From the NCBI GenBank assembly GCA_964596195.1, contig CAZQTN010000002.1, positions 2,468 to 46,882 of the forward strand: 44,415 bases of DNA, given 5' to 3'. The stretch's first letter is position 1; each line of letters opens with the position of its first letter. This DNA is from an uncultured Ruminococcus sp. GTDB lineage: Bacteria; Bacillota; Clostridia; Oscillospirales; CAG-272. The position numbers and the translations under genes are program-made. The notes beneath the pieces were generated by a model. It had not been told where the DNA came from, made no database searches, and was given only the letters and a program-made list of their open reading frames with translations. Below, one piece after another: positions 26,212-34,631 of the stretch.

Positions 26212-26876
26212 CAGTTTCTGACCTCCTTTTCTATCGGCTTACCCTCACCCTTGAATATGGAATTTTCAGACACGAATCCGCGCACTCTAGATAGGGGATA
26301 TACGGTAGCACCCTTTCCTATTACGCTACCGGGACAGAGCACCGAGTTGCACCCTATTTCGGCAAGATCGCCGACCGCCGCGCCGAATTTTCTGCGGCAC
26401 GTATCCACTTTTTCTGTGCCAAACGACACCGTAACGTTGCTCTTGTCGCTTTTGAGATTTGATATTATCGCCCCCGCGCCGAGATGTGCGCGCCAGCCAA
26501 GCACAGAGTCGCCGACGTAGTTAAAGTGAGGTATCTGCACCCCGTCGAACAGCAGGCTGTTTTTGACCTCGCTGGAGTTGCCGACCACGGCCCCCTTGCC
26601 GACGATAACGCCGCCGCGTATATATGCCCCCGTCCGTATTTCTGCCTGCTCGTCAATTATCGCAGGCCCTGCGATGGTGGCTTTTTCATTCACGCGCGCA
26701 CTCTTTGCTATCCATACGCTCTGTCCGACGCGCTCAAAAAGGTGCGCGTCGAGTCCTCGCCCGATGCGCATTATCGCTTCTCCGATCAGCTCCGGTATCT
26801 CCCAAGGGTATTGGACCGCCCTGCACAGATCGTGCGCAATGGTTTTGTCAAAGGAAAAAAGCTCTCCGTCTTTCAT
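26211..26876 (-). CDS. Hexapeptide-repeat (left-handed beta-helix) transferase, GlmU C-terminal-domain-like
   Basis: 221 aa with repeated [LIV]G..x..I patterns (IRTGAYIRGGVIVGKGAVVGNSSEVKNSLLFDGVQIPHFNYVGDSVLG). Its stop overlaps the glmM ATG (TGATG). Confidence 0.55.
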   Translation of the reverse strand: MKDGELFSFDKTIAHDLCRAVQYPWEIPELIGEAIMRIGRGLDAHLFERVGQSVWIAKSARVNEKATIAGPAIIDEQAEIRTGAYIRGGVIVGKGAVVGNSSEVKNSLLFDGVQIPHFNYVGDSVLGWRAHLGAGAIISNLKSDKSNVTVSFGTEKVDTCRRKFGAAVGDLAEIGCNSVLCPGSVIGKGATVYPLSRVRGFVSENSIFKGEGKPIEKEVRN

Positions 26877-26941
26877 TTATATAACAGGCCTCTCATTCTG
26901 TTTGATTTTCTATTATTATATGCAAAAAGCGGAGAATAAAA

Positions 26942-26978
26942 CAAAAAAAGAACATAGAGTTATCACTCTCTGTTCTTT
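26942..26978 (-). terminator. Intrinsic terminator after the araC-nitroreductase unit
   Basis: On the minus strand: AGAACAGAGAG / CTCTATGTTCT stem (one mismatch) followed by TTTTTTTGTTTT. Confidence 0.65.
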
Positions 26979-26982
26979 TGCC

Positions 26983-27010
26983 GTAGGGGCGATTCACGAA
27001 TCGCCCCTAC
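26983..27010. repeat. REP-like palindromic element GTAGGGGCGATTCACGAATCGCCCCTAC
   Basis: Perfect 28-nt palindrome directly abutting the nitroreductase stop codon. The same core recurs twice at 40028-40094. Confidence 0.85.
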
Positions 27011-27529
27011 TCAGACGTAAAATACTCTGTTCGGCTTGCGCTCCTTGGGTGCAGGGAAGTCACCCTTCGCATAGCCGAGGATAAGGTTGCCGACGCCCTC
27101 GTACTCACCCTCAATGCCGAGTGAAGCAAGCCACTCGCGCCACTCCGCAGTTTCAAAAACCTCGCGTGCGCGGTGTACCCAGCAGGAGCCAAGACCGAGC
27201 GCGTGTGCTGCCAGCATCATATTTCCGAGTGTGAGGCTTCCGTCGTATACGGCGGTATGTGCCACCTTGTTTGCGAGCACGACGAGCACGACGGGCGCTC
27301 CGTAAAACGGGTCTCCGCTTCCGCCCATTACGGCCGCGTTTGCCGCCGAGAGCCTATCCCGTGTCGCCTTGTCCGTTACCGCTATGACTATCGGGCTTTG
27401 CAGATTTCTGCCGCTTGCCGCCTCGATGCCTGCCTTTATTACGGCATCTATATCCTCTTTCTTCGGCATATCGGGGGTGTATGCCTTGACACTTCTTCTT
27501 TCTTCGATGCACTTAAGTATTTCGTTCAT
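27011..27529 (-). CDS. Nitroreductase family protein
   Basis: 172 aa. IEERRSVKAY...I..AGIEAASGRNLQ and GLGSCWV are typical of the NfsB/FRP nitroreductase fold. Confidence 0.7.
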   Translation of the reverse strand: MNEILKCIEERRSVKAYTPDMPKKEDIDAVIKAGIEAASGRNLQSPIVIAVTDKATRDRLSAANAAVMGGSGDPFYGAPVVLVVLANKVAHTAVYDGSLTLGNMMLAAHALGLGSCWVHRAREVFETAEWREWLASLGIEGEYEGVGNLILGYAKGDFPAPKERKPNRVFYV

Positions 27530-28341
27530 TTCGTATCCTTTCTGTACTCATTTGGCGAGCATTTTTTTATTTTCTTGAAAACGCGTGAAAAGTAATTTAA
27601 GTCCTCAAACCCGACCCTTGCGGCAATTTCGCCTATCGGCTCGTCCGTTTCACTCAAGAGGACTGCCGCCTTTTCGATGCGATACTCATTTACGTAGGCG
27701 AGCGCCGTTCTGCCGGTCATTCTCTTGAAAAAGCGGCAGAAATACTCGATAGAGAAGTAGCATATCCCGGCCAGCTCCTCGGTCGTGATGCGGCGCTGAT
27801 AGTTTTTCGCTATGTGCGACTTTACGCGCTCAAGCAGGGCGAGGTAGCGGTTGTGCGCCTCTCTTGCCTGCTTTGGCATCTGCTCTGTGCGGTAGTGCTT
27901 TATCAGGTGCGCCATCAGTCGGTAGGTGTGGCTTTTTTGCAGCATATCTCCGCCGATCTCGTCGCTGAGATACGCCTTGTTGATATCGTCAAATATCTCC
28001 TTTACGTATTTGTCGGCGCCTATCAGATTTTTAAAGCACACCGCCTCGGGATCAACGTCCGAGAAAAATGCAGGTGAAATAATAAGGCAAAAATAGCTCA
28101 CCGGCTCGTGTGCGATAAACGAGTGGACGTCGCCGCCGTTTACAACGACGAGGTCACCTGCCGCGGCGCTGAACGGTTTGCCGCCTGCGAGAAATTCGCA
28201 TCTTCCCTCAAGGAAAAACAAAAGCTCCATATGCTCGTGCCAATGCGGCATTAGTGACGTGCGGCTTTCGTAAAGGCGAAATTTTAGGGTGAAATCGTTT
28301 TTCTCGGGCGGGATCGTTTCGTAGAGTGAAATATCCTTCAT
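27526..28341 (-). CDS. AraC family transcriptional regulator (cupin N-domain + HTH)
   Basis: Preferred start is the ATG at 28341 (GGAG 7 nt upstream). The cupin part contains HWHEHMELLFFLEG. The C-terminal part has the AraC double HTH (AARVGFEDLNYFSRVFKK). The stop overlaps the nitroreductase start (ATGA). Confidence 0.75.
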   Translation of the reverse strand: MKDISLYETIPPEKNDFTLKFRLYESRTSLMPHWHEHMELLFFLEGRCEFLAGGKPFSAAAGDLVVVNGGDVHSFIAHEPVSYFCLIISPAFFSDVDPEAVCFKNLIGADKYVKEIFDDINKAYLSDEIGGDMLQKSHTYRLMAHLIKHYRTEQMPKQAREAHNRYLALLERVKSHIAKNYQRRITTEELAGICYFSIEYFCRFFKRMTGRTALAYVNEYRIEKAAVLLSETDEPIGEIAARVGFEDLNYFSRVFKKIKKCSPNEYRKDTK

Positions 28342-28457
28342 ATGTGCTCCGGATGTCAATTTTGTGCTAATCAACAACAAACGAGTTCTTGACTTTGCTA
28401 CCGTATTTAGTATATACTAAAAACAGAAACAAATCAACCCCGGAAGGAAAAATAAAT

Positions 28458-29273
28458 ATGAAAGTAGGCGTAATCACACATCTGCGTGATACCGAAGCAG
28501 ATTCGCTCATCGCAAAGGTGCGCGAGCTTGGCATCGATTACTGTCAGCTCGGTTGTTGGAATCACTCTATCCTCACCCCCGAAACTGCTGAAGCGGTAAA
28601 GGCGGCCTGCAAGAAATACGGCGTGACGATCTCCACCGTGTGGGTGGGCTGGTCGGGACCTACGGCGTGGAACTTCACCGAGGGTCCCATTACGCTTGGC
28701 ATCGTGCCAGTAGAGTATCGATACGACAGATGCCGCGAGCTTATGCACGGCTCCGATTTTGCAAAAATGCTCGGGGTTGATCAGATCGCGACCCATATGG
28801 GATTTTTGCCCGAAAACCCCACCGATCCGCAGTACGCGCCCGTCGTTGCGGCGATAAAGATGGTTGCAAATCATTGCAAGGCAAACGGACAGAAGCTTCT
28901 TTTCGAGACGGGTCAGGAGACCCCTGTTACCATTCTTCGCGTTATTGAGGACTCGGGATGCGACAATCTCGGCGTTAACCTCGACCCCGCAAACCTCATA
29001 ATGTACGGCAAGGCAAATCCCGTTGACGCGCTCACCGTGATCGGCAAGTACGTTTACGACGTGCACGGCAAGGACGGCAGGTATCCCACCTGCGGAAAGA
29101 GTCTCGGCTCCGAGACCCCCATTGGCGAGGGCGCTGTCAATTTCCCCGCCTTTATCGGAAAGCTTAAGGAGATCGGCTATGACGGATGTATCACCATTGA
29201 GCGCGAGATCTCCGGCGAAAAGCAGATAAAGGACATACTTAAAGCTAAAGAGATATTGGAGGGATTTTTCTGA
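28458..29273 (+). CDS. Sugar phosphate isomerase/epimerase (xylose isomerase-like TIM barrel)
   Basis: Preferred ATG at 28458 (MKVGVITHL). LLFETGQE, NLDPANL and ITIEREI are characteristic of the AP endonuclease 2 / xylose isomerase-like TIM family. The gene is divergent from the AraC regulator. Confidence 0.65.
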   Translation: MKVGVITHLRDTEADSLIAKVRELGIDYCQLGCWNHSILTPETAEAVKAACKKYGVTISTVWVGWSGPTAWNFTEGPITLGIVPVEYRYDRCRELMHGSDFAKMLGVDQIATHMGFLPENPTDPQYAPVVAAIKMVANHCKANGQKLLFETGQETPVTILRVIEDSGCDNLGVNLDPANLIMYGKANPVDALTVIGKYVYDVHGKDGRYPTCGKSLGSETPIGEGAVNFPAFIGKLKEIGYDGCITIEREISGEKQIKDILKAKEILEGFF

Positions 29274-30247
29274 TGTTAAAGGTAGGACTTGTTGGTATAG
29301 GCGGAATGGGCTTCGTCCATTACAACGCCTATAAGAAGATCGAGGGCGCACAGGTCGTTGCGGTTGCTGACGTGCGCACGGATATGGCAATGGAAAAAAT
29401 CAAAGAGGACAAGGTGAACGTTTACGCGACCCTTGACGAGCTGTTGGCAAACGAGAAGGTCGACGTGGTTGACATCTGCACACCCAGCTATCTTCATACC
29501 GAGCTTGCCGTAAGGGCACTTGAGGCAGGCTGTCACGTTCTCTCTGAGAAGCCTATGAGCATCTCGACCGCAGATACCGCACGCGTTATCGAGACGGCAA
29601 AGAAGGCGGACAGGCTCTTTATGACGGCACACGTAGTGCGTTTTATGGCGCCATACGTATATCTGCGCGGAGTTATCGAGTCGGGCGAGCTTGGCAAGAT
29701 CGTGCATCTTGATATGAAGCGCATATCCTTCATTCCCCGTTGGAGCTGGGAGGATTGGATGCGTGACGTTAGCAGGAGCGGCGGTACTCCCTTTGATCTT
29801 TCTATCCACGATATTGATTTTGCTTACTCCGTTTTTGGTGAGCCTAAGAGCGTGAACGGTATGTATAAGGAGCTTAAGGATAACAACGATTATATCGTAT
29901 CCAACCTTGTTTACGACGGCTTTACCGTTACCACCACAGGCGGCTGGTTTAATGCCAATATTTCCTTCTCAGCAGAGTATAACGCAATATTTGAAAACGG
30001 CTCCGTTGCGCTTGTGGGCGGTAAGGTTTACAAGAACGGTACGCAGGTTGATCTTGCCACCTCTGCAAAGGAGGTCAGCGAGAATATGGGTATAAATATT
30101 CCCCGCGCTGACGGCTACACCGCCGAGATCGAGTACTTCCTTGAGTGCGTAAAAAGTGACACGCCCCCCACCAAAGTCACTCCCGAGAGCTCCGAGGGTA
30201 GCGTAAGACTCGTTGAGAGAATACTTGCAAATTCAATAAAGCTCTGA
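29273..30247 (+). CDS. Gfo/Idh/MocA family NAD(P)-dependent oxidoreductase
   Basis: The N-terminus MLKVGLVGIGGMGFVH is a Rossmann motif, and EKPMS is the family signature. The start overlaps the upstream stop (TGATG). Confidence 0.75.
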   Translation: MLKVGLVGIGGMGFVHYNAYKKIEGAQVVAVADVRTDMAMEKIKEDKVNVYATLDELLANEKVDVVDICTPSYLHTELAVRALEAGCHVLSEKPMSISTADTARVIETAKKADRLFMTAHVVRFMAPYVYLRGVIESGELGKIVHLDMKRISFIPRWSWEDWMRDVSRSGGTPFDLSIHDIDFAYSVFGEPKSVNGMYKELKDNNDYIVSNLVYDGFTVTTTGGWFNANISFSAEYNAIFENGSVALVGGKVYKNGTQVDLATSAKEVSENMGINIPRADGYTAEIEYFLECVKSDTPPTKVTPESSEGSVRLVERILANSIKL

Positions 30248-30255
30248 TAAATTTT

Positions 30256-30297
30256 CAGAGGCCGCTTCATCCGGATGAAGCGGCCTCTGCTTTTTTT
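30256..30297. terminator. Bidirectional intrinsic terminator
   Basis: CAGAGGCCGCTTCA / TGAAGCGGCCTCTG stem (30256-30289) followed by TTTTTTT. Confidence 0.8.
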
Positions 30298-31603
30298 ATT
30301 TGCTTTTTGTTTTCAGTTCGGTGGTTGCAGGACCGTCAAGCAGCTTGCCGTCCTCGTCAAAGCGTGAGCCGTGACAGGGACAGTCCCAGCTGTGCTCGGC
30401 TTTGTTATATTTGAGCGCGCATCCGAGGTGCGGACAGCGGGGCGCCGTAGGGGTCAGGAGATTTTTAGTGGTTTCAAGTGCGTTTGTAAGGAGCTTCGGG
30501 TGAAGAATGCTTCGCGAGGGTGAAAATATCTCCGTATATTTACCGTCATGCCCTGTTATAAGGTCGACGAGCAGGCTTGCCGCCACCATAGACAGGCTCA
30601 TGCCCCACTTGTTAAAGCCCGTTGCAACAAACAGGCCGTGAGTGTTTTTTGAGTACCGTCCGATATACGGCATACCGTCCAGCGTCATACAGTCCTGCGC
30701 CGCCCATCTGGCCACTTCGTTGGCACCCGTGTAACGTTTTTTGTAAAAATCTTCAAGCTCTTGCCAGCCGCCACCGCGCTTTCCCGTGCGGTGATCTCCA
30801 CCGCCGATAAGCAGATACTTGCCCCAATTTCTGAGGGACATTCCGCATTCCGCCTCGTCAACGTACATCCCATCTACGTCCTCCGCGCCCTCAAGCGCGA
30901 TAACGTACGAGCGGTGCTGATACATTTTGAGTGGGTAAAGGCCGTGCTTGTTGAGGATCGGGAAGTGGGTTGCGATGATTATTTGCTTTGCGCTTATCGT
31001 GTGCCCATTGGCGATGGCCGCTTCCTTTTTCAGCTCGGTCACTCGTGTGTTCTCGTATATATTCAGCTCCTTTGCGACCGCAAAGCCGAATTTTAGCGGA
31101 TGGAACTGTGCTTGCTCGCGCACGCGCACGGCTCCGTCTGTATAAATTGGCAGAGGTACGCTGTCGCACAGCTCAGCGGGATAACCGATCTCGCCGTAGG
31201 CGTGCACCTCGTCCTCCAGCTTTTTTCTGCCCGACCTTGAATATACGTACGCCTCCGTCTCGCGATAATCGCAGTCGATCCTTGCGCACATACGTCGGAA
31301 GTCGGCCAGCGCTTCAAAATTTGCTTCAAGGTACAGCCTTGCCGTTGTTTTATCGTACTTGCGTATCAGTCTATCATATATAAGCCCATGTTGCAGTGTG
31401 ATCTTCGCAGTCGTGCCCGCGCTTACGCCGCCGAGAATGCGGTCGGCCTCCACGAGCGCGTAGTCGATACCGGCCTCCTTAAGCTTGTAAGCGCACAGGA
31501 TACCGGCCATTCCGCCTCCGATTATCAATACGTCCGTTTTTATGCTACTCTCAAGTGACGGAAAGCTCGGCCGCGTTACCGTCCTTGTCCATAGTGATTT
31601 CAT
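30296..31603 (-). CDS. FAD-dependent oxidoreductase with C-terminal Rieske [2Fe-2S] domain (YhfW-like)
   Basis: Preferred ATG at 31603 (GGGAG 9 nt upstream; the track ORF starts at a GTG at 31618). DVLIIGGGMAGI is the FAD-binding motif. CPHLGC...CPCHGSRF is the Rieske motif. Confidence 0.7.
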   Translation of the reverse strand: MKSLWTRTVTRPSFPSLESSIKTDVLIIGGGMAGILCAYKLKEAGIDYALVEADRILGGVSAGTTAKITLQHGLIYDRLIRKYDKTTARLYLEANFEALADFRRMCARIDCDYRETEAYVYSRSGRKKLEDEVHAYGEIGYPAELCDSVPLPIYTDGAVRVREQAQFHPLKFGFAVAKELNIYENTRVTELKKEAAIANGHTISAKQIIIATHFPILNKHGLYPLKMYQHRSYVIALEGAEDVDGMYVDEAECGMSLRNWGKYLLIGGGDHRTGKRGGGWQELEDFYKKRYTGANEVARWAAQDCMTLDGMPYIGRYSKNTHGLFVATGFNKWGMSLSMVAASLLVDLITGHDGKYTEIFSPSRSILHPKLLTNALETTKNLLTPTAPRCPHLGCALKYNKAEHSWDCPCHGSRFDEDGKLLDGPATTELKTKSK

Positions 31604-31855
31604 TGATTTTTCTCCCACTTTTTATATGCTTTTATTATTGGCAAGGCGGAGAAAAATAATACCCCCTGCGAAACTATTGTCGCAGGGGGAAATTCAACAA
31701 ATTTGTTCTTCTTTTCGTCGACGGTCATAAATTTTGCGGCGGATGTGAGCGTAATATTCTCTCCGCCCTCAACACGAGGTTTGAAAAGGACTCAAAATGT
31801 GACATATCAACAAGTTGTTCTTATACAGTATAGCACAAAGTTCATAAAAAATCAA
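31604..31855 (-). promoter_or_regulatory. Promoter plus ~215-nt leader with an internal intrinsic terminator (candidate attenuator or riboswitch)
   Basis: On the minus strand: TTGATT (31855-31850), 17-nt spacer, TATACT (31832-31827). Hairpin CGCAGGGGG/CCCCCTGCG (31689-31662) followed by TATTATTTTT lies about 48 nt before the ATG. Confidence 0.45.
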
Positions 31856-31881
31856 TATTTTAGGCGAAGTTTGTTCATCGG

Positions 31882-31915
31882 TAAAAAGACAGCACCCGAC
31901 CGCAGTCGGGCGCTG
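31882..31915 (-). terminator. Intrinsic terminator after the ECF S-component gene
   Basis: On the minus strand: CAGCGCCCGAC-TGCG-GTCGGGTGCTG followed by TCTTTTTA. Confidence 0.65.
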
Positions 31916-31934
31916 TACGGAAATTCATCATATG

Positions 31935-32528
31935 TCAGCGAGCCTTTTTATCCTTACGGATATTAAGCAGCTTTACTATTGCCGGGCTCAGGATCATGTT
32001 GGTCAGAAGCTCGAAAACGAAGTTCAGACCCACAAAGAAAAGTATGAGATACGCGCCGACTGACATTGAATTGCCCGCCGCCATATCCTTTACCGCATCG
32101 ATAAAGAAGATAAGACAACCGATAAGGAAGATGCCTGTGTTCACTACGGGGCAGACGATTGCCGCCGCCACCACCGCAACGTAGCGGTTGAATTTTTCGA
32201 GCAGCTTGAACACGAGTCCCGCCACAAGACCTGACGCAATTCCCTTGACCATTACCGTGATGATCGTGCCGGGAATGCTGAGTCCCATCCAGAACGCCGC
32301 ATCGGCCGTCATAAAGAATACCACTCCCGAAACTCCGCCGAGCCACGCGCCTGCCCAAGGGCCGCACATTGCCGCGCCGAGTACAACGGGGATGAGGGTG
32401 AGTGAGATCGACGCCAAACCGCCGATCTTGATGAAGCCGCCGAAATACGCGAGTATTGCGACGAGTGCCGTGAAAAGAGATAACAGAACTATCTTTTCGG
32501 TCGACACCTTGCTTGCTGTTTTTTGCAT
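31935..32528 (-). CDS. ECF transporter S component (candidate pantothenate-specific, by context)
   Basis: 197 aa with about 5-6 TM helices. The start (KIVLLSLFTALVAILAYF...) is typical of ECF S components. It is downstream of coaX on the same strand. Confidence 0.55.
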   Translation of the reverse strand: MQKTASKVSTEKIVLLSLFTALVAILAYFGGFIKIGGLASISLTLIPVVLGAAMCGPWAGAWLGGVSGVVFFMTADAAFWMGLSIPGTIITVMVKGIASGLVAGLVFKLLEKFNRYVAVVAAAIVCPVVNTGIFLIGCLIFFIDAVKDMAAGNSMSVGAYLILFFVGLNFVFELLTNMILSPAIVKLLNIRKDKKAR

Positions 32529-32626
32529 AAAATGCCTCCTTGCTGTCGTCCGTGATAGCCGAAGGGAGCGTAGTTGGACTCCTTATGGCTATAACAGTAC
32601 AACGCTTTTTATTTATATTATCTCCG

Positions 32627-33406
32627 CTAGGAGCTAATGCCTTGATTATTCTTTTTGAAGATCACGTTTAGTCCCTTGATAACAAGGTTATCGTCGGTCA
32701 CGATCTCGTGCGTGCAATGCGGTACGACGAGTGGTGCGTAGCCGCCCGTGGCGTATATAGACAGATCGGAGCCGATCTCGGCTCTTATGCGCTCTATCAT
32801 TCCGTCAATCATTGACGCGTGACCGAACAGCGCGCCCGACTTGATGCAATCAACGGTGTTTTTGCCAACCACTCGATCGGGGGCTTCGAGCGATACCTTC
32901 GGCAGCTGTGCCGTGCCGTCGGAGAGGGCATCTAGTCCCATCTGTACACCCGGCATTATCGACACGCCGACAAATGCGCCGCGCCCGTCGACGACGATCA
33001 TCTTCGTCGCTGTGCCCATATCTACAATAAGCGCGGGAGCGCCGTAGCAGGTGCGCGCCGCAACACAGGCGCATATAAGGTCAGCACCGACCGACGATGG
33101 GTCGTCGCAATGTATGTTAAGTCCTGTCTTTGTGCCCGGGCCTACGAGCAAGGCCTCGGTGCCGAAGAGGAAGGATACCGCTTTTTTGATAAGTGAGTTC
33201 AGGGGCGGCACGACGGAAGAAATGATAGCGCCGCTCACCCTTGCACAGTCAACGTCGTGTATAGCGAACACGCCCTTGATTACTGCGGCGTACTCATCTT
33301 CGGTTTTTCGAGTATCGGATGCCACCCGTGCGACGAAAACGAGCTTGTCGCCCTCAAATCCGCCGAGTGCTATGTTGGAATTTCCAACGTCAATGGTAAG
33401 TATCAT
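32627..33406 (-). CDS. coaX: Type III pantothenate kinase
   Basis: Preferred ATG at 33406 (MILTIDVGNSNIALG, RBS AAGGGTG). The ASKHA phosphate-1 motif DVGNSN, GADL..ACVAA and DMGTATK are typical of CoaX. Confidence 0.8.
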   Translation of the reverse strand: MILTIDVGNSNIALGGFEGDKLVFVARVASDTRKTEDEYAAVIKGVFAIHDVDCARVSGAIISSVVPPLNSLIKKAVSFLFGTEALLVGPGTKTGLNIHCDDPSSVGADLICACVAARTCYGAPALIVDMGTATKMIVVDGRGAFVGVSIMPGVQMGLDALSDGTAQLPKVSLEAPDRVVGKNTVDCIKSGALFGHASMIDGMIERIRAEIGSDLSIYATGGYAPLVVPHCTHEIVTDDNLVIKGLNVIFKKNNQGISS

Positions 33407-33436
33407 ATCAACACCCTTTGTAAACAAAAAATTACA

Positions 33437-34495
33437 TTAACCGACGGTTATAAACGGGTTTTTCTCATCCCAAACGTAGTGGAATATATATCCGCATTGG
33501 CCCTCGGTTGTAAGGCGGTTTTCGGATATAAGCCATCTGCCGTCGCCAAAGGAGAACATACCCGTCGAGCCGTGGGGGAAGTGCCAGCCGTATACGCCGC
33601 TTGCCTCGTCGAGCTTGCCGATCTTCTTAAGAGTGAGCACTTCGCCACACTCTCCGACGCCGCGGAGCTTTTCGGTTTTAGGCGAAATAGTTGCATCAAT
33701 GGCATAGAGCCCATAGTTAGGAAATTCGGGCTTCACTCCGTTGTACACAGCCATAAAGAACGCGCCGATATGACGGTCATATTCGAGGTTTTGTACACCC
33801 CACGTGGTGTTGCCGGTGTATACGAAGAATTTGCGCTTTGGTGCATCCGGGCCGCATACGTGCATCGATTTTTGATCCATCGGCTTGGCATATTTGTCCC
33901 AATCGTTGATATCGTAGCACAGTATTACCTGGTGGTCGTTGTCACAGCGCGCAAGGTCGCGGTAGATTCCGTAAGCGACGAAGAGGTAAACGCCCTCGTC
34001 CTCTGTTTTGCCGGGCATCGGGCCGAAGGTCACCCCGTCAATTCCCGAGCAGCCGTAGCGATGGGGTACGGTGTTGCCGTCTTTGTCCTTGCCACAGCCG
34101 TTATAGTCCTTTACGACCTCGCTAAGGTAAATGCACTTCATAACGCCGCTTTCCTCTGCGGACATATCAAGTTTGTCTATCTTGTCCACGTCAAAGCGCG
34201 CGATGTAAAAGCCGTCGTCAAACACGGTGGCATCCTTTATCGTCGACTGTATACCTCTGCCGATCATGTCGTTTTTGTATTCGAGTGAGCCGTATACGCG
34301 GCCGTCACGCTCGTTAAATGCAATACAGCCGAGGTGTCCGATCAGTCCGTCGACCGATCCGACGATCTCGCCCTCAAGCGTTGCTTTTACGAGCTTAGTG
34401 GTGAAGGAATAATAGATAAATCCATTCTTTTTGTCTACGGCGATGCCTTGAATGTGGCATCCGCCCCAAGTACCTGTGTATATCGGTTGCTTCAT
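33437..34495 (-). CDS. Hypothetical cytoplasmic protein (beta-rich, possibly propeller-like)
   Basis: 352-aa ORF with coding-like composition and no signal peptide. No family recognised. The long plus-strand ORF 33257-34288 is its antisense shadow. Confidence 0.4.
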   Translation of the reverse strand: MKQPIYTGTWGGCHIQGIAVDKKNGFIYYSFTTKLVKATLEGEIVGSVDGLIGHLGCIAFNERDGRVYGSLEYKNDMIGRGIQSTIKDATVFDDGFYIARFDVDKIDKLDMSAEESGVMKCIYLSEVVKDYNGCGKDKDGNTVPHRYGCSGIDGVTFGPMPGKTEDEGVYLFVAYGIYRDLARCDNDHQVILCYDINDWDKYAKPMDQKSMHVCGPDAPKRKFFVYTGNTTWGVQNLEYDRHIGAFFMAVYNGVKPEFPNYGLYAIDATISPKTEKLRGVGECGEVLTLKKIGKLDEASGVYGWHFPHGSTGMFSFGDGRWLISENRLTTEGQCGYIFHYVWDEKNPFITVG

Positions 34496-34631
34496 AGTTA
34501 TTTCTCCATTCTGCCGCTACGCGGCATATCGCTTATCAGTATAGCATAAAGGAAAGAGTATTTCAAGTGAAAAGACGGAATTTGGTCAAACAAGAAGAAA
34601 GCGGCACTCGGGGCGAGCGCCGCTTTCACAT

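Noticed and set aside
31604-31826. Assigning the leader of the FAD/Rieske gene to a known riboswitch or T-box class.
   Set aside because: I could not find a T-box sequence or specifier architecture. I also could not find the core motifs I remember for FMN, ZTP, guanidine, fluoride, Mn, preQ1 or purine riboswitches. It is reported only as an unclassified candidate.
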